A stretch of DNA of 25,650 bases, from the NCBI GenBank assembly GCA_031425655.1, contig JANPJS010000211.1, forward strand, positions 1 to 25,650, written 5' to 3'. Below the pieces are notes generated by a model. That model saw only the letters and a list, made by a program, of their open reading frames with translations. It was not told the DNA's origin and ran no database searches. Shown here piece by piece: positions 9,448-15,952 of the stretch (positions are counted from its first letter, which is position 1; each line of letters starts with the position of its first letter). The DNA is from Abditibacteriaceae bacterium. Its GTDB lineage: Bacteria > Armatimonadota > Abditibacteriia > Abditibacteriales > Abditibacteriaceae. Made by a program: the position numbers and the translations under genes.

Positions 9448-9721
9448 TGTAATATCTCCTTTCAGCTTAGGTCATGTCTCGTGCTGAAATGGGCAAGGCC
9501 GCAGACCCGTGTTTGCGGATGAAGAAAACAATCAAGTATCTACCGCCATCAATTTGGCCGTAAGCCGCGTAAACGTCTTCGCCTTCAACTTGGCCGTGCT
9601 CGACACGCCGGAAGTGCGATCTACTAAACAGAACTTCTTCAACTTCCTCAACCGAGACGCCATGCTTGACCGCAAGTTTCTCCACGAATTTTTCCTTCCA
9701 GATAACATCGTAGACTTCCAA
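9428..9721 (-). pseudogene. BrnT-family (DUF497-like) toxin with premature TAA at 9467-9469
   Basis: AAGGAG plus TTG 9721; KHGVSVEEVEEV, G....GRYLIVFF, PISARDMT then TAA then AERRYYNERKAH-TGA(9428) in the same frame. Confidence 0.8.
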
Positions 9722-9800
9722 AACTGTCTCCTTGCGGTTCTGATCATAGCAAGAAGTATACAATTTAAACGTAATAATTACAGCAACGCCGCGCGCTGCG

Positions 9801-9894
9801 CCCTAACGACCAAGCTCACCCGCCGCCGAAAGCGCAGCTACCGAGGAACGAGGGAGCGAAGCTGTAGGCGGTCGGGTGCAGCGCCTTGTTATCC
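9801..9894 (-). repeat. attC site (94 bp)
   Basis: GGATAAC-AAGGCGCTGCACCCGACCGCC...GGCGGCGGGTGAGCTTGGTC-GTTAGGG. Confidence 0.92.
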
Positions 9895-9900
9895 CGCTTG

Positions 9901-10473
9901 TTAATGCGTAATAATGTCTTCCTGTGGGAATTTACAATAACCTACCAATCGCCAAACCTGCATGGAGAACAGTAGAGCCTTGTATCGCTGAATGTGTATA
10001 TCGTGCAATAAATTGCGAAAATGTGCCAACTCTTTTTCTGAAAGCTGGCTGGCGTCCAACTCTAACCATTCAACTTCATCGTAGAATATGGTGCCGTGAG
10101 CAGGAAAAATGAAATAAGTATCGCAAACACCCTTCGCAAGATTCGGCTGCCAAGATGTTACGTTAGAACTTTCAATAAATTTGATACGAAATTGTATTGG
10201 AAGATGACGCAGTAATGAAATTCCCTTCTTCCATTGCTCGTCACTCGTTACTCGCAGCGCCTCACTTTTGTGAAGAATGACCGTCACTTCCTGCAAATAA
10301 CGGTGTTCCATCGCTGCTTCAAATTCAGCTTGTTCGCGCTCTGTTCGTTGCGGAATAGGAAGTATTTCATTGATCTTTTTCAAAAACTCACGGGATTCTT
10401 CCTGTTTCTGCCTCGATGAACTTGGATATATCATCCAAATTAGTTTGACCAAGAAGTGAGAGAGAGAAATCAT
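9901..10473 (-). CDS. Cassette-encoded hypothetical protein
   Basis: 190 aa ORF filling the cassette; stop 6 nt before attC. Confidence 0.75.
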   Translation of the reverse strand: MISLSHFLVKLIWMIYPSSSRQKQEESREFLKKINEILPIPQRTEREQAEFEAAMEHRYLQEVTVILHKSEALRVTSDEQWKKGISLLRHLPIQFRIKFIESSNVTSWQPNLAKGVCDTYFIFPAHGTIFYDEVEWLELDASQLSEKELAHFRNLLHDIHIQRYKALLFSMQVWRLVGYCKFPQEDIITH

Positions 10474-10522
10474 ACAAATAGTATGATAAAAGTTTGGCGG
10501 GCAATCAAGTTTCGCGCGAGCG

Positions 10523-10613
10523 GGCTAACGACCAAGCTCACCCGCCGCCGGAAGCGTAGCGAGGAGGAACGACGAGCGGACTGTAGGCGGTCGGGTGCAG
10601 CGCCTTGTTGTGC
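10523..10613 (-). repeat. attC site (91 bp)
   Basis: GCACAAC...GTTAGCC with the conserved arms. Confidence 0.92.
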
Positions 10614-10667
10614 CATTGTTAATGCCTACAAATTGTGTTTTGCAGGCAATTGACGAGAGCGAAGTTC

Positions 10668-10967
10668 TTATTTTGAGACAAACAAAAACATAACTTGATT
10701 CAGGTTGATCCACCCCTCCTCGAAGCCGCCCCAATCCTTGTCGGGAAATGTCACCTGCACCCATGCACCACGAACACCGCCATCTTTATGGCGCTCTATT
10801 TTGAAACTGGGCTTATCGGTGGTGTCTCCAGGGTGTGCAACCCCTGTGATGTAATAGACGGTATATTCCACGCCTTTTTCTAGTGGTGGAAGCAAAGATT
10901 CTGCCGACTCACTGCCACCTGGCGCGTTTACAACTTCGACCTTGATAGGTTCTGCAATTTGAATCAT
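10668..10967 (-). CDS. Cassette-encoded hypothetical protein (beta-rich C terminus)
   Basis: 99 aa; AAGGAG RBS; second gene of a two-gene cassette. Confidence 0.75.
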   Translation of the reverse strand: MIQIAEPIKVEVVNAPGGSESAESLLPPLEKGVEYTVYYITGVAHPGDTTDKPSFKIERHKDGGVRGAWVQVTFPDKDWGGFEEGWINLNQVMFLFVSK

Positions 10968-10987
10968 GGTGTGATTCTCCTTTTAGA

Positions 10988-11024
10988 ATCGAGCAGAGGT
11001 CTATGCGAGCAGCCTCTGCTCGAT
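10988..11024. other. Perfect 12-bp stem-loop between the two genes of the cassette
   Basis: ATCGAGCAGAGG (10988-10999) / CCTCTGCTCGAT (11013-11024). Confidence 0.75.
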
Positions 11025-11038
11025 CATCCGTTCTGTGT

Positions 11039-11158
11039 TCAACAGTCCCTGTTACTACAGGCATGAGCAACATCTGATGTTCCTGTTGAACTGGCAACAA
11101 AGTGAACGCCTGCGGCGACGGCCAACGCCATAACCGCGATGACAAACAGCTTTTTCAT
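11039..11158 (-). CDS. 39-aa secreted peptide precursor MKKLFVIAVMALAVAAGVHFVASSTGTSDVAHACSNRDC
   Basis: Read by hand (below ORF-track cutoff); AAGGAGG RBS, promoter upstream, signal-peptide pattern. Confidence 0.8.
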   Translation of the reverse strand: MKKLFVIAVMALAVAAGVHFVASSTGTSDVAHACSNRDC

Positions 11159-11186
11159 ATTCCCCTCCTTGTTCTAAATTGTTTCG

Positions 11187-11215
11187 ATTATAGCACTCAA
11201 AAAAGCTGCGCGCAA
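11187..11215 (-). promoter_or_regulatory. Cassette-internal sigma70 promoter TTGCGC-N17-TATAAT with extended -10 TG
   Basis: -35 at 11215-11210, -10 at 11192-11187 preceded by TGC. Confidence 0.75.
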
Positions 11216-11217
11216 TG

Positions 11218-11321
11218 GCACAACGACCAAGCTCACCCGCCGCCGGAAGCGCAGAGACCGAAGCGAGGAACGAGCGAAGGGAACGAAGCTGTAGGCGGTC
11301 GGGTGCAGCGCCTTGTTGGGC
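11218..11321 (-). repeat. attC site (104 bp)
   Basis: GCCCAAC...GTTGTGC. Confidence 0.93.
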
Positions 11322-11357
11322 TGCTGTTGGTGACGAGCGTTGATAACTGCATGTGGA

Positions 11358-11594
11358 TTATTCACCCTCTTCTTGCTTCCACTTTTTGTAATTGTATGTT
11401 GCTTGGGCTACGCCGACAACAACCGTGAAGAAGAATATCCACAAATAGGATATGAAGCTGTGAGCTGTAGGTATTTGATGAAGTAAAAGAAGAAGAGGCG
11501 AGAACGCCAAGACCCATAATGTGCGAATAAACTTACGTCTGTAAGATAACGCGTAATAGGCAACACAGAAGCCTTTGTCAACTCCATTTTTCAT
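11358..11594 (-). CDS. Cassette-encoded small membrane protein (2 TM, LSYRRKFIRTLW motif)
   Basis: 78 aa from ATG 11594 with AAGGAGAAGGGG upstream; two hydrophobic segments. Confidence 0.8.
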   Translation of the reverse strand: MKNGVDKGFCVAYYALSYRRKFIRTLWVLAFSPLLLLLHQIPTAHSFISYLWIFFFTVVVGVAQATYNYKKWKQEEGE

Positions 11595-11642
11595 AATTCC
11601 CCTTCTCCTTGAGTATCGCACACCACAACGCCGCGCGCAGCG

Positions 11643-11746
11643 GCCCAACGACTAAGCTCACCCGCCGCCGGAAGCGCAGAGACCGAAGCGAGGCACGAGC
11701 GCAGGGAACGAAGCTGTAGGCGGTCGGGTGCAGCGCCTTGTTAGGC
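11643..11746 (-). repeat. attC site (104 bp)
   Basis: GCCTAAC...GTTGGGC; nearly identical to 11218-11321. Confidence 0.93.
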
Positions 11747-11768
11747 CATTGTTGAGGAGTGATGTTCG

Positions 11769-12572
11769 TCACTTCCCGGACGGGGCATTAAATGCGCCCT
11801 TCCAAGTGTTGGTGTAGTCACCACTACAATCGGAAATATACTGCTTTAGATCGTCGTTGCCGAAGGTGTTGTGGAGAAGGATAAGAACCTCAATTGCCAG
11901 AAAATGAGATGTGGCAAGAGATTCTTTAACTTTTTCTTCGCTGAATCCCTGTGCGTTACCGAAAACGAGCCTTTGGCCGTTCTCCGCTTTGGATTGCGAG
12001 AAGACGTGTATCATCGAAGGGTGCGCGATCTCAAGAGGTCTATAATAGGCCGAAACCAGGTATTTGCCCATATTGACATCTTTGGCTCTTTCTACAAAGT
12101 TGGTATCTGTCCAATCGTGCTTAGGCGCCGCAATTTTGCCGTCAGCGCCCCTATATGGATTTAGCGCATCTTCTATCGCTTGCTTTTGCGTTGCGTCTAA
12201 AGTTTTGCCGTTCAAGTTTTCTATTTGCCCCTGAACCTTTTTGATAAACAGAAGCATATATCTCTTAAAGTCTGCAGCCTTTTCGGGATGAGCCTGAATA
12301 TAACTTGCATTTACTAATCCCTCAAACATTGCCCTTACAAGTGGCATGGAACCGTCGCCGCGACCTTGCGAACAGAGTATGACAATATCGTGAAATCTAT
12401 CCACGCAAAGTTTGGCCAATACAAGCACATAATGGTCTGATTCGCTCGTGACTTTTGGCACGTCAAAAGCTTTAGAATATGCCTCCATTAACTTTGGTAG
12501 GCATTCTGAAAAACTGGCATATTGATTGTTGAACTGCTCAAGATTCTGCGACAGATAATCTAAATCATTCAT
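11769..12572 (-). CDS. Cassette-encoded DUF5677-like helical protein
   Basis: 267 aa from ATG 12572; LVRAMFEGLVNASYI and YYRPLEIAHPS resemble the R..FE...Y and Y......H motifs of DUF5677 (recalled, not searched). Confidence 0.65.
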   Translation of the reverse strand: MNDLDYLSQNLEQFNNQYASFSECLPKLMEAYSKAFDVPKVTSESDHYVLVLAKLCVDRFHDIVILCSQGRGDGSMPLVRAMFEGLVNASYIQAHPEKAADFKRYMLLFIKKVQGQIENLNGKTLDATQKQAIEDALNPYRGADGKIAAPKHDWTDTNFVERAKDVNMGKYLVSAYYRPLEIAHPSMIHVFSQSKAENGQRLVFGNAQGFSEEKVKESLATSHFLAIEVLILLHNTFGNDDLKQYISDCSGDYTNTWKGAFNAPSGK

Positions 12573-12643
12573 AATTGTCCACTCTTGGTTCTTCAATAAT
12601 ATAGCAGATTCTTGCTGCGGCAACCATGTAGCTGGGCGCGATG

Positions 12644-12729
12644 GCCTAACGACCAAGCTCACCCGCCGCCGAAAGCGAAGTGAGGAACGAACGAAGCTAT
12701 AGGCGGTCGGGTGCAGCGCCTTGTTCTGC
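12644..12729 (-). repeat. attC site (86 bp)
   Basis: GCAGAAC...GTTAGGC. Confidence 0.92.
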
Positions 12730-12751
12730 CGGTGTTGGTGGGCCTTGCTCG

Positions 12752-13783
12752 TCACCATTTCGTCTTGGCCTTCTCAACACGGAACCATTGGACGTGTCCG
12801 CAGTTATCGCAGACAAGCATACGCCAGTCAGAACTAGTGAGGGCTTTGAATCCAACGAAATAGTAAAAGTCTTCATGGCTCGTTTTATTGATGTTATCTC
12901 CTGCCTTAACAGTCAATTGATAACTCCCTTGCCCACAATATAGACAAGGCTGGGGGACTTTAGAGCCAACCATATTATATTGACCCTTTAATAACTCGGC
13001 CATAGCTTTGAACGCGGTTAGAACCTCTTTCGCGTCCTGAAAACGCTTTTCGGGTTCCCGAACTACCATCCGGTCAAGGAGAAGATTTACACGCTCAAAT
13101 CTTCCATTCTTGTGTAGCCCTACCAAGTCAAAATGAGGCTGTCTAAAATCCTCGCGGCTCAAAACCTTTCCCCCACTCAACAAATAATAGAGCAGCTTCC
13201 CTAACGAATAAACATCAGCAGAAGGGAATATGTCATGAACTCCGCCATGCTCCAGTTCAGGAGCCATAAAAATGCGAGGCCCTACAATCTCACTTGTCTG
13301 GGTGAGACGGGCATCTTCCGATGAATACGCGATGCCAAAATCAGCTACGACTGCTGGCCCGCGCGCTTCTTTCAAAAGAATGTTTTGTGGCTTTATATCC
13401 CGATGAACGAAACCTTTAAAATGTGCTGCGGCAAGACCTACGCAAACATCTTCAAAGATTTGCAGAGCAAAGTTTAAATCTGAACTCCACACTTCTTTTT
13501 GTTTATCCAAGTTACCGCCAACGCATAGTTCGTAAACAACAAATGGAGGATTTGCATTTACATCATGCTCGACGGGACGGATAACGTTAGGATGTGCGAG
13601 CGTTTCGGAAATTTCAATTTCACGTCGAAAACGTTCGATAGCCTGCTCATCGCTTCGATTCGTAGTTTTGAGAGCATAATGTTGCGGATTGCCGTTGGCA
13701 CAAACGACTTCATATGCAGTTCCTTGACCGCCACCACCTAGTCGTCCTACTTCTTCCCAACGTCCGTTTCCAAATTTCATCAT
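12752..13783 (-). CDS. Cassette-encoded Hanks-type Ser/Thr kinase with C-terminal zinc ribbon
   Basis: GGGGQG loop, ALK, HRDIKPQN, DFG, APE, DVYSLG; CLYC...CDNC at C terminus; no TM segment. Confidence 0.93.
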   Translation of the reverse strand: MMKFGNGRWEEVGRLGGGGQGTAYEVVCANGNPQHYALKTTNRSDEQAIERFRREIEISETLAHPNVIRPVEHDVNANPPFVVYELCVGGNLDKQKEVWSSDLNFALQIFEDVCVGLAAAHFKGFVHRDIKPQNILLKEARGPAVVADFGIAYSSEDARLTQTSEIVGPRIFMAPELEHGGVHDIFPSADVYSLGKLLYYLLSGGKVLSREDFRQPHFDLVGLHKNGRFERVNLLLDRMVVREPEKRFQDAKEVLTAFKAMAELLKGQYNMVGSKVPQPCLYCGQGSYQLTVKAGDNINKTSHEDFYYFVGFKALTSSDWRMLVCDNCGHVQWFRVEKAKTKW

Positions 13784-13855
13784 AGAGTTACCAGTGTTGC
13801 CGCGTTCTGTAATAGATTACAAAAATCAGGCTTTGTATTCAAGCTGCGCGCACCG

Positions 13856-13951
13856 GCAGAACGATAAAGCTCACCCGCACCCCGGCGGGGAAGCTAATTA
13901 CTCTGATTTTAGCCGGGCGCCGGGGTGTCGGGGTGCAGCGCCTTGTTGGGC
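13856..13951 (-). repeat. attC site (96 bp, different internal stem)
   Basis: GCCCAAC-AAGGCGCTGCACCCC...GGGTGAGCTTTATC-GTTCTGC. Confidence 0.9.
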
Positions 13952-13958
13952 AGCATTG

Positions 13959-14054
13959 TTAGCGGTGTGTAACGTCGAACACCCATCTGCCCAGAACAAC
14001 GCCGATTCCGGCAAACAAAATAGCTTTTGTGAGTTCAGTCAGAATGTATTCCAT
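13959..14054 (-). CDS. 31-aa single-TM microprotein MEYILTELTKAILFAGIGVVLGRWVFDVTHR
   Basis: Read by hand; AGGAG RBS; fills the 132-bp space between two attC sites. Confidence 0.75.
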   Translation of the reverse strand: MEYILTELTKAILFAGIGVVLGRWVFDVTHR

Positions 14055-14083
14055 TTGTCTCCTGCCACATTATTCGCAATGCG

Positions 14084-14175
14084 GCCCAACGACCAAGCTC
14101 ACCCGCCCGCGTAAGCGTAGCGAGGAGGCACGACGAGCGAAGCTGTAGCGGGTCGGGTGCAGCGTTTTGTTGTGT
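14084..14175 (-). repeat. attC site (92 bp)
   Basis: ACACAAC...GTTGGGC. Confidence 0.92.
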
Positions 14176-14815
14176 TGCAATGAGACAACATTTCGCGCCC
14201 GATGTATTCCGTAAACGCTGGCGGAACAGCTTGACTAAGCTCGTCTGGACTCATCCAATTTATCCCCATTGCCGCCGCGCCCGCCGCGCCTGATTTGCCG
14301 ACGTGCGAACACCAGCCCGACTCACTCGGTTTAGCGCGGTCATTCAGCATACGCCCTGAGCCGATAACGTGTTCATGTTTTTGGTGTTGCGGAACCATAA
14401 CCAAAAAATTGGCTTCAAAAAGCCGGTGTCGGTAAACCCGTAACCCAAACTGAGCACCACACAAACGAAATGCGCCGCTCATATCCTGCCACGCATCCTC
14501 TACGTTTTCAATCACGAACGGTAGGCCGGTTGCCTGCAATGCCGCCCGCGTCGGGCCGATGAGTAGAGGATAAATTTTGCCTTTGAGCCACGGTAGGTGG
14601 CGCATACGGCTATAACCCTGGCAAGGCGGCGAAGCGTGAATAGCATCAAATTCATGCCCGTGTTTCGCAACGTATTCAAGCGCATCGCCCTGAACAAACT
14701 GGAACGGATAGCGCGGCTGCTGAACACAATCAACGCCGACAATTTCATCGAAGCCGGCGCGATGGTAGCCCATCGCGCTACCTCCGGCACCAGAAAATAA
14801 GTCTAAGAGTTTCAT
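14099..14815 (-). CDS. Cassette-encoded DNA (cytosine-5) methyltransferase, short phage-like type
   Basis: Motif I LDLFSGAGG, IV ASPPCQ, VI IENV, VIII RHRLF, X SQAVPP; ORF reads into the attC. Confidence 0.9.
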   Translation of the reverse strand: MKLLDLFSGAGGSAMGYHRAGFDEIVGVDCVQQPRYPFQFVQGDALEYVAKHGHEFDAIHASPPCQGYSRMRHLPWLKGKIYPLLIGPTRAALQATGLPFVIENVEDAWQDMSGAFRLCGAQFGLRVYRHRLFEANFLVMVPQHQKHEHVIGSGRMLNDRAKPSESGWCSHVGKSGAAGAAAMGINWMSPDELSQAVPPAFTEYIGREMLSHCNTTKRCTRPATASLVVPPRYAYAGG

Positions 14816-14831
14816 TTCAGTAAGGTTTGCA

Positions 14832-14933
14832 ACACAACGACTAAACTCAACCGCCCAAAACAGCGCAATTTAGTGACAGTTTACAGCCAAATTAGCGAGG
14901 CTGTTTTGGGTCGGTTGCAGTGCCTTGTTGGGG
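14832..14933 (-). repeat. attC site (102 bp, divergent with compensatory changes)
   Basis: CCCCAAC-AAGGCACTGCAACCGACCCAAAACAGC...GCTGTTTTGGGCGGTTGAGTTTAGTC-GTTGTGT. Confidence 0.9.
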
Positions 14934-15134
14934 CGCTTGTTTAGAACCTGTCGGCACGATTTCTTCAATTCCGCGCCGCTTTGCCAGTGCATTCAAATAA
15001 AATTCCACTTCGCCAAACCGAGGTTCGGGAATGCCAAGCGCCTCGTGGTTGTTCGACAGGAACGTAACCGCTTCGGCTTTAGCAAACATGATTTTGTTGT
15101 GGTGTTCAATGATTTTTTGCAAAAGTTCTTCCAT
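14892..15134 (-). CDS. Cassette-encoded hypothetical protein
   Basis: 80 aa from ATG 15134 with AGGAGG RBS; stop lies inside the attC loop. Confidence 0.7.
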   Translation of the reverse strand: MEELLQKIIEHHNKIMFAKAEAVTFLSNNHEALGIPEPRFGEVEFYLNALAKRRGIEEIVPTGSKQAPQQGTATDPKQPR

Positions 15135-15169
15135 GAAACCTCCTGCCGCCGCAACGTAACGCGCGAGCG

Positions 15170-15269
15170 GCCCAACGACTAAGCTCACCCGCCGCCGGAA
15201 GCCGGAGCGGAGCCGAGGAACGAGGCGAAGCGCAGGCTGTAGGCGGTCGGGTGCAGCGCCTTGTTCGGC
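15170..15269 (-). repeat. attC site (100 bp, first cassette)
   Basis: GCCGAAC...GTTGGGC. Confidence 0.92.
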
Positions 15270-15284
15270 TGGCGTTAGTGAGTT

Positions 15285-15899
15285 CTATAACAGTTTCTCT
15301 AACTTTCGTGTGATCCAAGCATTGAAGCCAACCAGTTCTGATGCCAGATTAATAACGTGTGCGCTCAAAACGCAAAATCTGTCTTGAGCAAAGGCAAAAA
15401 CCAAAGGACTGCTTTTCCAGTTAACGAAATCTTTTCGTTTGTCTTTGTCCAAGTGCATAATGTCGCCATAAATAAATCTTTCGAGAAAATCCAAAACGCT
15501 TGGTTCCTGACCATTAATTTTTAGCGGCTCAATTCGCATACTGGTGTAAGCGTTTGCTGGGCCACTGAGAATTTTCTCGACATCTTCTCGATGACTTTCC
15601 AAAGTTTTTAAGGAAGTCTCATCAATGGGTAACTGGGCGTAAACAAGGTGCATTTGCCGAAAAGAGATTCGGTCGTTCCGTGATATGAGAAGGCGGATGC
15701 TCGGTGCCCAAGCGCGAATTGATTCGTCGCTTGGGCCGCGACGTTTGACCATCCCTTGTTTTGTGTCGAACTCAAAAGAGATGTCAATTCCGCTATTATC
15801 AAAAACAGACTTCGCAAAGCTCGATTCGCTCAGTTCGGTGAACTTCTCATCGAACAACGCCAGTAGTTCGATTGTTTCCTCAATTTGCTGCTTATCCAT
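15285..15899 (-). CDS. Hypothetical protein of first cassette
   Basis: 204 aa ORF filling the cassette; no family recognised with confidence. Confidence 0.8.
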   Translation of the reverse strand: MDKQQIEETIELLALFDEKFTELSESSFAKSVFDNSGIDISFEFDTKQGMVKRRGPSDESIRAWAPSIRLLISRNDRISFRQMHLVYAQLPIDETSLKTLESHREDVEKILSGPANAYTSMRIEPLKINGQEPSVLDFLERFIYGDIMHLDKDKRKDFVNWKSSPLVFAFAQDRFCVLSAHVINLASELVGFNAWITRKLEKLL

Positions 15900-15952
15900 G
15901 CTTTATATTCTGGTATGAAAGTGTGGCAGATGCAACCAAGCTGCGCGCGCCA

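Noticed and set aside
11039..11158. Lipoprotein reading of the 39-aa peptide
   Set aside because: AHAC is not a typical lipobox and the Cys lies about 12 residues past the hydrophobic core; not fully excluded without a predictor
9056..15269. CRISPR array interpretation of the recurring repeat
   Set aside because: Repeats are 86-113 bp, variable in the middle and separated by gene-sized, coding intervals; no cas genes; structure fits attC
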